A DNA stretch of 32,000 nt, from the NCBI GenBank assembly GCA_013378385.1, contig JACAFS010000001.1, forward strand, positions 11,501-43,500, read 5' to 3'. The translations under genes were made by a program, and so were the position numbers. A model generated the notes under the pieces. That model saw only the letters and a program-made list of their open reading frames with translations. It did no database searches and was not told the origin of the DNA. Source of the DNA: Nitrososphaerota archaeon (GTDB lineage: Archaea > Thermoproteota > Nitrososphaeria > Nitrososphaerales > UBA57). Below, in pieces: positions 18,469-27,057 of this stretch (positions are counted from its first letter, which is position 1; every line of letters begins with the position of its first letter).

Positions 18469-19557
18469 TTGTATACTATTTTAAATTCATTTGTGCCAAA
18501 GGTAAAAGTAGCTCTTGCCGGTATAGGTAATTGCGCATCTGCATTAATTCAAGGTTTGGAATATTATCGGCAGAATCCTGAAGAAACTGTAGGATTAGTT
18601 GATTATTCTATTGGTGGAATAGAACCTAACGATATAGAATTTGTTGCTGCATTTGATGTTAACGATAAAAAAGTAGGTTTTGATCTTTCCAACGCTATTT
18701 TTGCACATCCAAATAATACTGCAAAAATTATAGACGTACCTAATCTTGGCGTTGAAGTAACTCGTGCTCCTGTTAAGGACGGTATAGGAAAATATCTAAA
18801 AGATGTAGTTGATGTACAAGATCCAAATGGCGCTGACGTTGTTGATATAATTAAAAGTTCCGGTGCAGATATATTGATTAATTATTTGCCTGTGGGAAGT
18901 ACTGACGCTACTAAATATTATGCTCAATGCGCTTTAGACTCTAATGTCGGTTTCATAAATTCAATGCCTGTTTTTATTGCCTCTAATCCTGAATGGCAAG
19001 CTAAATTTATTGATAAAGGACTTCCAATTGCCGGAGACGATGTCATGAGTCAATTGGGTGCCACTGTTGTTCATAAAAGTCTTATTAAATTATTTGTTGA
19101 ACGTGGAGTAAAAGTCGACGAAACCTATCAACTGAATATAGGCGGAGATGCTGATTTTCTTAATATGCTGGAAGAATCGCGATTAGTTGATAAGCGTGAA
19201 AGTAAAACCTCTGCCGTTCGTGCAATGTCTCCTTATCCTATTCCTACTCGAATTGGCCCTAGTGATTATGTAGATTTTCTTAAAAACGATAAGATCTGCT
19301 ATGTCTATATTAAAGGTCATTATTTCGGAAATATTCCTGTTACATTAGATTTGAAACTTCATGTCATGGATGCTTATAATAGTGGAGGGGTCATTGTGGA
19401 TGCCATCCGTGCTACTAAGGTTGCTTTAGATCGAAAAATCTCTGGACCATTGAACAGTATATCCGCTTATTGTTTTAAACATCCTCCTGTTCAAATGCCC
19501 TATGAAGAGGCAAAAACTGAATTTCTTGAATTCATTGCTGGTAATCGAGAACGTTAA
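18469..19557 (+). CDS. myo-Inositol-1-phosphate synthase (archaeal type)
   Basis: VALAGIGNCASALIQGLEYY, LPIAGDD, LNIGGDADF, SKTSAV. The in-frame GVG at 18493 is a GTG that would give a more typical N-terminus (PKVKVALAGIGNCAS) than the TTG at 18469. Confidence 0.9.
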   Translation: MYTILNSFVPKVKVALAGIGNCASALIQGLEYYRQNPEETVGLVDYSIGGIEPNDIEFVAAFDVNDKKVGFDLSNAIFAHPNNTAKIIDVPNLGVEVTRAPVKDGIGKYLKDVVDVQDPNGADVVDIIKSSGADILINYLPVGSTDATKYYAQCALDSNVGFINSMPVFIASNPEWQAKFIDKGLPIAGDDVMSQLGATVVHKSLIKLFVERGVKVDETYQLNIGGDADFLNMLEESRLVDKRESKTSAVRAMSPYPIPTRIGPSDYVDFLKNDKICYVYIKGHYFGNIPVTLDLKLHVMDAYNSGGVIVDAIRATKVALDRKISGPLNSISAYCFKHPPVQMPYEEAKTEFLEFIAGNRER

Positions 19558-19566
19558 ATCTCTTAT

Positions 19567-20244
19567 TTATCTACTCTCATCAAATAACTCATTTAATACA
19601 GAAAAAGTCCTTGCTACATCTTTTGTTTTTACTACAATTATTGTATCTGTAAAACAACTAACTGTATCTTCTATATTTATTTGTCTTTTAGCAACCTGTC
19701 CATATATTGTAAATACAAATCCTGGTACTGAGATTACCTCTATTGGGCTATGTACAATTATTGCCGCTAAATCATTTGAATCTTCTAATATCTCTGATTT
19801 ATTGAATATCTTCAATAATTTTTCTCTAAGTCTTTCAGAATATATTATTGTTAATGCTGAAGTTGCTTCCGAAATCTGAATAAATTCTTCATTATTTTTT
19901 AATATTACATTTTGTATATTTTCTTGATTGCGATCATTCTTTTTAACCGATAATTTAGCAACACCAGTTCTTACATTTATATCACTTTTTGCAATAACAT
20001 CTGTAATTTCATTATTGATTGACGTATACTTTGGAACAATTCTTTTTACAGCTGTTATTATTGCATCTTCATTAACTTCTGAAATTCCCATTTTCTCAAT
20101 CTTGGGTTTTAGTAATCTTGCTATTCCACTAATATTAGCATAATCTCTAGCTATTGAATCTTGTATTCCTAAATCTGATTCTATTAAATTTCTTGTAATT
20201 CTTGCAACAGATTGATTTATCTGTTTCTGGTCATCTATAGCCAA
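19567..20244 (-). CDS. Hypothetical protein with an ACT-like C-terminal region; possible small-molecule-binding regulator
   Basis: The C-terminal LAAIIVHSPIEVISVPGFVFTIYGQVAKRQINIEDTVSCFTDTIIVVKTKDVARTFSVLNELF resembles ACT domains of aspartokinase-type regulators. The N-terminus (GIQDSIARDYANISGIARLL) is weakly HTH-like. Divergent from argG. Call is by pattern recognition only. Confidence 0.45.
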   Translation of the reverse strand: MAIDDQKQINQSVARITRNLIESDLGIQDSIARDYANISGIARLLKPKIEKMGISEVNEDAIITAVKRIVPKYTSINNEITDVIAKSDINVRTGVAKLSVKKNDRNQENIQNVILKNNEEFIQISEATSALTIIYSERLREKLLKIFNKSEILEDSNDLAAIIVHSPIEVISVPGFVFTIYGQVAKRQINIEDTVSCFTDTIIVVKTKDVARTFSVLNELFDESR

Positions 20245-20247
20245 TAA

Positions 20248-20276
20248 TGGTCAATTATGACCAAAAGATATTAAAA
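20248..20276. promoter_or_regulatory. Putative shared bidirectional promoter region: palindrome TGGTCAattaTGACCA (20248..20263) next to an A/T box ATATTAAAA (20268..20276)
   Basis: Perfect 6-bp inverted arms with a 4-nt spacer. The A/T box centre lies ~28 nt from the TTG of the minus-strand gene (20244) and ~30 nt from the argG ATG (20302), as expected for archaeal TATA boxes on leaderless or short-leader mRNAs. Confidence 0.3.
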
Positions 20277-20301
20277 GGTTTCTTTACAAACTTCTCACAT
20301 A

Positions 20302-21477
20302 ATGTCCAAAAAAGTAGTTTTAGCATTTTCTGGAGGACTTGATACCTCTATCTCAGTTAGTTGGCTAAAGAAAAAGCATAATCTTGACGTAATTACTGCT
20401 ATTGTTGATATTGGTCAAGATGAAAACTTTGACGAAATTGAAAAAAAGGCCTACTCAATTGGCGCATCAAAACATTGTACTATTGATGCCAAACAAGAAT
20501 TTATTAATAATTATATTTTCTCTGCAATAAAATCAAATGCCTTGTATCAGAATAAATATCCGTTGGCCACTGCTTTGGGTAGACCTCTTATTGCATACAA
20601 GCTAGTAGAAATTGCAAATCAAGAAAATACTAAAATCTTTTCTCATGGCTGTACGGGAAAAGGTAATGATCAAGCCAGATTCGATGTTACATTGAGATCT
20701 GTTATGCCCGACGCTAAAATTATTGCCCCAGTTAGAGATGAGAATATGAGCAGAGATGAAGAAATTCAATATGCAAAAGACCTTAACGTGTCCATTGAAA
20801 AGAAATCCCAATACAGCATTGACGAAAACTTGTGGGGTAGATCTATAGAAGGTGGAATTTTAGAAGATTCTTTCGAAGAACCTCCAAAAGATATTTACAA
20901 ATGGGTTAATGTAAACAATGACTTGGCTGATAGATACATAGAAATTGATTTTAATAATGGCATTCCAATTTCAATCGACGGTATTACTGATTCTCTGGAA
21001 ATGATTACTCATCTTAACGATGTTGCAGGAAAATATGGTATTGGAATTGTTGACCACATAGAAGATAGGCTTATGGGGATAAAATCAAGAGAAATATATG
21101 AAGCACCTGCTGCCACCGTACTTATTGAGGCTCATAAAGATCTAGAAAAATTAGTATTGACTAGAAATGAATTGGAAATAAAGTCCTTATTAGAACAAAA
21201 ATGGAGTTGGATGATTTATTCAGGATTATTTGTAGATCCATTGGTAAAAGCTATTAATTCATTTATTAATAAGACTCAAGAACGTGTTAATGGCACTGTT
21301 AGACTAAAACTTAGGAGTAATTCATTAACTGTGGTTGGCAGAAAATCTGAAAATTCTATTTATGATCAGAATCTTTCTTCGTATTCCTCTTCATCTGATT
21401 TCAATCAAACTTACTCTAAGGGTTTTATTGAAATCTGGGGACTCCAGTCTAAATTTAACGAAGGAGAGACAAAATGA
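20302..21477 (+). CDS. argG: Argininosuccinate synthase
   Basis: VVLAFSGGLDTS (PP-loop), HGCTGKGNDQARF, and DENLWGRS-type motifs. 391 aa. Confidence 0.95.
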   Translation: MSKKVVLAFSGGLDTSISVSWLKKKHNLDVITAIVDIGQDENFDEIEKKAYSIGASKHCTIDAKQEFINNYIFSAIKSNALYQNKYPLATALGRPLIAYKLVEIANQENTKIFSHGCTGKGNDQARFDVTLRSVMPDAKIIAPVRDENMSRDEEIQYAKDLNVSIEKKSQYSIDENLWGRSIEGGILEDSFEEPPKDIYKWVNVNNDLADRYIEIDFNNGIPISIDGITDSLEMITHLNDVAGKYGIGIVDHIEDRLMGIKSREIYEAPAATVLIEAHKDLEKLVLTRNELEIKSLLEQKWSWMIYSGLFVDPLVKAINSFINKTQERVNGTVRLKLRSNSLTVVGRKSENSIYDQNLSSYSSSSDFNQTYSKGFIEIWGLQSKFNEGETK

Positions 21478-22964
21478 CTAATGATATAGATATATTGAGA
21501 GGTAATAGACTCTCTAAGACCTCTGACTTAGCTTCTTCTTTTATTAGTTCTACCGATGAGGATTTACTGATCCTAGATCCTGTCAAAAAAATCAATATTG
21601 CACACATGCTTATGTTGGTGAAACAAAATATCCTTGATAAAAAAACTGCAAATAAATGCATTAAAACTCTAAAGTCAATTGACGATTCGTTTGAACTAGA
21701 TCCTGGCCTTGAGGACGTTCATATGAATGTTGAATCATTTGTAATTAATCGTATTGGTAGTGAAACCGGTGGACAACTTAATCTTGCCAAGAGTAGAAAC
21801 GATCAAGTTGCAACCGCAATCAGAATGACGACTCGTACATTTATCTTAAGTATATTGACCAGTATTCATGACTTGCAAAAGGTTCTTCTTAATCTAGCAA
21901 AAACACATACTGATTATCTTATGCCTTCTTTTACTCATCTCCAACATGCACAAATTATAACTCTTTCACATAATCTTCTTGCTCATTATGATTCATTATC
22001 TAGAGATGTAGACAGATTTCAAGAAACCTATGACAGAGTTAACAAATCTCCACAAGGTTCTGGTGCAATTGCCTCAGTAATTATTCATGTTGATAGAGAT
22101 TATATTGCTAAATTACTTGGTTTTAATGGCATTGTAGAAAATTCAATTGATGCCACCACTACTCGTGATTTTTGCATTGAATTATTGTCGAATCTTACGT
22201 TGTTAATGTTAAACATTGAGAAAATCGTTAATGAATTGGTCCTTTGGAGTACCTCTGAATTCTCATATGTTGAAATTTCTGATGAATTCAGTTCAACTAG
22301 TAGTATAATGCCTCAAAAAAAGAATCCTGTTATTGCCGAATTGATAAGATCTAAATCTTCGATTATTATCGGCGATCTTGTTGCGTCAATTGGCATAATT
22401 AAATCACTTACTCTAGGATATAGTATCGATATACAAGATTTAACTCCTAGATTATGGAATTCTATAAATAAATCATTGTCATCAGTTCAACTATTGTCTA
22501 ACATGCTGAATACCTGTAAATTTAACAAAGAGTCTATGTATGCTAATCTAGACGATACTATGATTGCTGCTGATTTAGCTAATTACCTTGCATCAAACTA
22601 TAATATTTCCTTCAGACAATCACATCATATTGTTGGAACTCTATCGAAGTCCTCAATTGATTCTAATACAAAATTATCTGAATTAGTAAAAACCGACATT
22701 GATAAAATAACTAAGAAAATAACTGGTAAAACAATTAAAGTAAATGTATCGGAAATTGATTCAATCTTTAATTATTCTAACAATGTTAATTCAAAAACTA
22801 CAAACGGTTCTCCTTCTAATTCCGAGAGTAATAGAATGATTAAACTAAGAACAGTACAACTTTCTAATTCATCTAAATTTATTAAAAAACAACAAAATCT
22901 ACTTACTAAATCTGAAATTCTTCTAGAAAAATCTATAAGAAATCTATCAGGAGGTGGAAATTAA
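21474..22964 (+). CDS. argH: Argininosuccinate lyase
   Basis: LAKSRNDQVATAIRM and SSTSSIMPQKKNP (fumarate-lyase signature). ATGA overlap with argG. Confidence 0.93.
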   Translation: MTNDIDILRGNRLSKTSDLASSFISSTDEDLLILDPVKKINIAHMLMLVKQNILDKKTANKCIKTLKSIDDSFELDPGLEDVHMNVESFVINRIGSETGGQLNLAKSRNDQVATAIRMTTRTFILSILTSIHDLQKVLLNLAKTHTDYLMPSFTHLQHAQIITLSHNLLAHYDSLSRDVDRFQETYDRVNKSPQGSGAIASVIIHVDRDYIAKLLGFNGIVENSIDATTTRDFCIELLSNLTLLMLNIEKIVNELVLWSTSEFSYVEISDEFSSTSSIMPQKKNPVIAELIRSKSSIIIGDLVASIGIIKSLTLGYSIDIQDLTPRLWNSINKSLSSVQLLSNMLNTCKFNKESMYANLDDTMIAADLANYLASNYNISFRQSHHIVGTLSKSSIDSNTKLSELVKTDIDKITKKITGKTIKVNVSEIDSIFNYSNNVNSKTTNGSPSNSESNRMIKLRTVQLSNSSKFIKKQQNLLTKSEILLEKSIRNLSGGGN

Positions 22965-23137
22965 TGGAGCAAAAATGTCAAGATTGTGATGCAACAATGC
23001 AGATTCTAGACGACGTTGTAATAGGAGAGATTATAAGTTGTCCTGATTGCGGTAACGAATTTGAAGTTAAGAAAATCGATTCAAATGCTGTTACATTATC
23101 GCCTGCAGAATCAGTTGGAGAAGATTGGGGAGAATAA
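22964..23137 (+). CDS. lysW: Amino-group carrier protein LysW/ArgW (57 aa, absent from the supplied ORF track)
   Basis: My translation is MEQKCQDCDATMQILDDVVIGEIISCPDCGNEFEVKKIDSNAVTLSPAESVGEDWGE. It has a CxxC...CxxC zinc ribbon and the diagnostic C-terminal EDWGE. The ATG shares its A with the argH TAA (TAATG). Stop falls 1 nt before the lysX ATG. Confidence 0.9.
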   Translation: MEQKCQDCDATMQILDDVVIGEIISCPDCGNEFEVKKIDSNAVTLSPAESVGEDWGE

Positions 23138-23138
23138 T

Positions 23139-24005
23139 ATGACCAATCGTATCAGTATTATCTACGATCGCGTGCGTTGGGAAGAAAAAGAAATTTTCAA
23201 TGCATTTGAGGAAAGAAATATCCCATTTAGCAAACATGATGCAAAAGCACTCGTATTGCGTAGTAATGACTCTGACGAATCAATTCAATCTTCGTTTGGC
23301 ACTTCTATAATTCAAAGATGCATTAGTCATTATCGTGGTATGCTTATTGCCCATTATTTAGAATCAAAAAACTGTTTAGTGGTTAATAGTTCTAACACAA
23401 GTAGAATATGCGGTAATAAATTCCTATCTACATTGAAATTTGAGGAATCTGGCATAAAAACTCCTCTTACTTTATTCAGTTTTTCCGATAAATCTGCCGA
23501 AGATTCTGTAGAAGAATTGGGTTATCCATCTGTCTTGAAGCCTATTGTAGGAAGTTGGGGAAGAGGCGTTGTAAAATTAAATGATAAAGATTCTGCTAAG
23601 GCTCTGATTGAAATGAGATATAATGACGATGGATTATTCTCGAAAATTTTTTATGTCCAACAACATATCAGTCGACCTCCAAGAGATATTAGGACGGTTG
23701 TTGTAGGAAATGAAGTTGTTGGTGCTGAATATCGTTATTCTTCTAATGATGATTGGAGGACTAACTTCTCACTTGGAGCAAAAATTGAGAATTGCCCTAT
23801 TACGAAGGAGTTGGAAGAAATTGTTCTTAAGGCATCAGACTCAGTTGGTGGCGGAATCCTTGGCGTTGATCTAATGGAGGGCGAAGACGGATTCTTAGTT
23901 CATGAAATTAATAATAATGTTGAGTTTAAAGGCGTTTCAAAATTCACCAAAGATAATATAGCATACAAAATTGTAGACTATATTGATCATATTTCAAAGA
24001 GGTAA
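23139..24005 (+). CDS. lysX: RimK/ATP-grasp ligase LysX/ArgX (attaches glutamate or 2-aminoadipate to LysW)
   Basis: ISIIYDRVRWEEKE, VLKPIVGSWGRGV, GVDLME...LVHEINNNVEF (ATP-grasp). I place the start at ATG 23139. The track extension to TTG 23061 would overlap lysW. Confidence 0.9.
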   Translation: MTNRISIIYDRVRWEEKEIFNAFEERNIPFSKHDAKALVLRSNDSDESIQSSFGTSIIQRCISHYRGMLIAHYLESKNCLVVNSSNTSRICGNKFLSTLKFEESGIKTPLTLFSFSDKSAEDSVEELGYPSVLKPIVGSWGRGVVKLNDKDSAKALIEMRYNDDGLFSKIFYVQQHISRPPRDIRTVVVGNEVVGAEYRYSSNDDWRTNFSLGAKIENCPITKELEEIVLKASDSVGGGILGVDLMEGEDGFLVHEINNNVEFKGVSKFTKDNIAYKIVDYIDHISKR

Positions 24006-24011
24006 TTTGTA

Positions 24012-25064
24012 ATGAAGGTTGGAGTAATTGGTGCATCGGGTTTTGTCGGAGGAGAACTATTGAGATTAATCATTAATCATCCTGAAGTTGAACTTTCTTT
24101 TGCAACTTCTAGACAGTACGATGGCCAATTTTTATATAAAATTCATCCTAATTTGAAGGGATTTACAGATGTCAAATTCTCATTATTTGATTCATCGAAG
24201 GTTGCTGATCAATGTGACCTTCTTTTTACTGCCGTTCCACATGGTAGTTCATATGAATTCATGAATGAACTTGTTAATTCTGGCGTAAAAATTGTTGACC
24301 TTAGTGCTGATTATAGACTTTCGAATCCAGATATGTATGATAAATGGTATGGTTTTACACATCCTCTACCTGACTTATTGAATTCATTTACGTTCGGTTT
24401 ACCTGAACTTCATAGGGATTCGATAAAATCAAGTAAGTTTACATCTACTCCTGGATGCACTGCTTTAACTTCGATTCTTGCGTTGGCGCCTTTGATTCAA
24501 AACAAAATAATAGATTCTAATAATATTATTATTGACTCAAAAGTTGGTTCATCTGGTGCTGGTGTAAAACCTACTATTGGTTCTCATCATGCTAATAGGT
24601 ATGGTGTTATCCGTCCATTCAAACCTTACGCACATAGACATACTGCTGAAATCGATCAAGAACTTTCGAATTTATCTGAAAACTCTGTAAATGTTTCACT
24701 GTCTGTTCATTCAGTAAATCTTGTTCGTGGTATATTATGTACTTCATACGCCTCTATTGATTCTGATATTACCGAAGTTGAAGTATGGAAAGCTTATAGG
24801 AAATTCTATTCTGACTCGCCTTTTATTAGATTTATTGGAGATAAGAAAGGTCTGTACAGATATCCTGATCCTAAACTACTTATTGGCTCCAATTTTTGTG
24901 ATATTGGATTTGCTTATGACAAATCTGCATCTAGACTTGTTGTTATGTCTTCATCAGATAATCTGATTAAGGGAGCTGCAGGAACTGCTATTCAAAATAT
25001 GAATCTTATGTCTGGTTTTGATGAAACTATAGGTTTATGGACTCCTGGAATACATCCAATGTGA
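24012..25064 (+). CDS. lysY: LysY/ArgC: [LysW]-aminoadipyl/glutamyl-phosphate reductase (N-acetyl-gamma-glutamyl-phosphate reductase family)
   Basis: KVGVIGASGFVGGELLRL (NAD(P)-binding), STPGCTALTSILALAPL (active-site Cys), SSSDNLIKGAAG. Confidence 0.9.
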   Translation: MKVGVIGASGFVGGELLRLIINHPEVELSFATSRQYDGQFLYKIHPNLKGFTDVKFSLFDSSKVADQCDLLFTAVPHGSSYEFMNELVNSGVKIVDLSADYRLSNPDMYDKWYGFTHPLPDLLNSFTFGLPELHRDSIKSSKFTSTPGCTALTSILALAPLIQNKIIDSNNIIIDSKVGSSGAGVKPTIGSHHANRYGVIRPFKPYAHRHTAEIDQELSNLSENSVNVSLSVHSVNLVRGILCTSYASIDSDITEVEVWKAYRKFYSDSPFIRFIGDKKGLYRYPDPKLLIGSNFCDIGFAYDKSASRLVVMSSSDNLIKGAAGTAIQNMNLMSGFDETIGLWTPGIHPM

Positions 25065-25069
25065 TTTCC

Positions 25070-25879
25070 ATGGTTACAATAGTAAAAATCGGTGGAAGTC
25101 TACATAGTAAAGGATTGACAAAAAATTTATTTGAGGATATTAAAAATTTCTCTAAAACTGAGTCATTGGTTGTCGTTCATGGAGGTGGAAACACAGTAAC
25201 TGAAATTGCAGAAAAACTAGGTAAGAAACAAGAATTCATTGTTTCTCCATCTGGTGTGAAAAGCAGATATACTGATAAAGAAACTGCATCAATCTTCATG
25301 ATGGTTATGTGTGGAAAAATTAATAAAGAAATTGTAGTATCATTACAATCTCTAGGTGTTAATGCAGTAGGATTAGGTGGCATCGATGGTAATATATTGA
25401 GTGCAATTCGTAAGAAAAGGCTCTTGATAATAGACGAAAGAAAAAGAAAACGTGCAATTGAAGGTGGATTTACGGGTAAAATAAAAAACGTTAATACTGA
25501 ATTGATTAATGACTTGATTAAATCAGGATACCTTCCAGTAATATCTCCAGTTGCTCTAGGCGATGAATTTGAAATTTTGAATGTTAATGGCGATCGTGCC
25601 GCATCTAATATTGCAACTCATCTAAATGCCGACCGTGTTATCTTCCTAACGGATGTTGATGGAATATCGTTGAATGACAAGCTTGTTACCAATCTAACTC
25701 TAGCAGAGTCTAAAGAAATTCTTCCAGACCTTGGATTTGGTATGGAACAAAAATTAATTTCTTGTATAGAATCCTTAGATCATGGTGTTAAAGAAGGAAT
25801 CATTGCTTCAGGGTTAGTTGACAACCCCATATCTAACGCTGTAAAACATTCCAATTGTACGGTGATTAATAATGAATGA
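25070..25879 (+). CDS. lysZ: LysZ/ArgB: [LysW]-aminoadipate/glutamate kinase (acetylglutamate kinase family)
   Basis: MVTIVKIGGS, VVVHGGGN, NVNGDRAA. Start is taken as ATG 25070. In-frame GTG 25061 (GTGA overlap with the lysY stop) is also possible, and track TTG 25037 is unlikely. Confidence 0.88.
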   Translation: MVTIVKIGGSLHSKGLTKNLFEDIKNFSKTESLVVVHGGGNTVTEIAEKLGKKQEFIVSPSGVKSRYTDKETASIFMMVMCGKINKEIVVSLQSLGVNAVGLGGIDGNILSAIRKKRLLIIDERKRKRAIEGGFTGKIKNVNTELINDLIKSGYLPVISPVALGDEFEILNVNGDRAASNIATHLNADRVIFLTDVDGISLNDKLVTNLTLAESKEILPDLGFGMEQKLISCIESLDHGVKEGIIASGLVDNPISNAVKHSNCTVINNE

Positions 25880-27056
25880 TGAAGAATTAATTAATTCAGA
25901 GGATAAATATCTGGCTCCTGTTTACCAAAAATTTCAAATTATCCTTGATAAAGGAAGTGGATGTTACGTATGGGACTCTTCAGGTAAAAAATATCTCGAC
26001 CTGATGGGGGGTTATGGCGTTTCATTATTAGGTCATTCAAATAAAACCATTGTTCAAGCCATAACTAATCAAGCAAATAAATTGACTAGTTGCCATGGTT
26101 CATTTTATAATGCGGAAAGGGCAAATGCTGTATTAAACATAAATAAAATTACACCAAAGAATCTTGATAATATATATTTATGTAATAGTGGGGCTGAAGC
26201 AGTTGAAGCTGCATTAAAATTATGTAAGAAACACTCGAAAAATAAAATTATTTCTATGTCTGGTTCATATCATGGTAAAACAATAGGTTCTTTGTCTCTA
26301 ACCTGGAATCCTAAATACAAAAAGTCTTTTCAACCTCTTCTTGACGATGTTGATTTCATCCCATTTGGGGATGCTGATTCATTGTCTAAAATTGATGATA
26401 ATACTGCTGCTGTCTTTTTAGAAGTTATTCAGGGTGAAAATGGCGTAAAATTTGCTTCAGTTGAGTATTTTAATAAATTACAAGAGCAATGTGATAAACA
26501 TAATGTACTGTTAGTCGTTGATGAGATTCAAACAGGTCTTGGAAGAACTGGTAAAATGTGGGCTCATGAGCACTATGATTTGAAACCAGACATTTTATGT
26601 ATTGGAAAAGGATTGGCCGGGGGAATGCCTGTCGGAGCAATGATTTCAAGAAGCGACATGACAAATTTCTCTCTTGGCGAACACACTACTACATTTGGTG
26701 GTAATCCTTTGACCTCTTCTGCAATCAATGCATCTATTGAGTATATCTTACAAGAAAATATAATCGATAATGCAGAAAAAACTGGTCAAATATTTCTTAA
26801 TGGGCTTGAAGAACTTAAATCAAAATATGATTCTATTCGTGATGTTCGTGGACTTGGATTGATGATTGCTATAGAATCAAAATTCCCAATCAAAGATATA
26901 TTATTTGATGGATTGAATAACGGCCTGATTATGCTATATTCTGGTAGAACTATATTGAGATTTTTACCTTCGTTAACATTGAATGAATCCCAAGTTGCTT
27001 CATCTCTACAAATTCTAGATAAGTTATTTCAAAATTCTCAGAAAAAGGTAAAATGA
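25872..27056 (+). CDS. lysJ: LysJ/ArgD: class III PLP aminotransferase (acetylornithine aminotransferase family)
   Basis: NSGAEAVEAALK, LLVVDEIQTGLGRTGKMWAHEHY, CIGKGLAGGMPVGA (PLP Lys), TFGGNPL. 8-nt overlap with lysZ. Confidence 0.9.
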   Translation: MNDEELINSEDKYLAPVYQKFQIILDKGSGCYVWDSSGKKYLDLMGGYGVSLLGHSNKTIVQAITNQANKLTSCHGSFYNAERANAVLNINKITPKNLDNIYLCNSGAEAVEAALKLCKKHSKNKIISMSGSYHGKTIGSLSLTWNPKYKKSFQPLLDDVDFIPFGDADSLSKIDDNTAAVFLEVIQGENGVKFASVEYFNKLQEQCDKHNVLLVVDEIQTGLGRTGKMWAHEHYDLKPDILCIGKGLAGGMPVGAMISRSDMTNFSLGEHTTTFGGNPLTSSAINASIEYILQENIIDNAEKTGQIFLNGLEELKSKYDSIRDVRGLGLMIAIESKFPIKDILFDGLNNGLIMLYSGRTILRFLPSLTLNESQVASSLQILDKLFQNSQKKVK

Positions 27057-27057
27057 T

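Noticed and set aside
19502-19879. 125-aa + strand ORF, the longest shadow ORF, overlapping the 3' end of the inositol-1-phosphate synthase gene and the ACT-like gene
   Set aside because: It is antisense to a 225-aa ORF that has an ACT-like domain and sensible operon context. Its sequence is hydrophobic and low-complexity, and it would start inside the MIPS coding region.
23061-23138. Track's N-terminal extension of lysX (MKLRKSIQMLLHYRLQNQLEKIGENN...) from a TTG
   Set aside because: The extension overlaps the clearly real lysW gene in another frame. The ATG at 23139 gives the canonical LysX N-terminus and sits 1 nt after the lysW stop.
25037-25069. Track's TTG start for lysZ, 28 nt inside lysY
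   Set aside because: The conserved kinase N-terminus begins at MVTIVKIGGS (ATG 25070). GTG 25061 is the only other plausible start, and the longer extension adds non-conserved residues.
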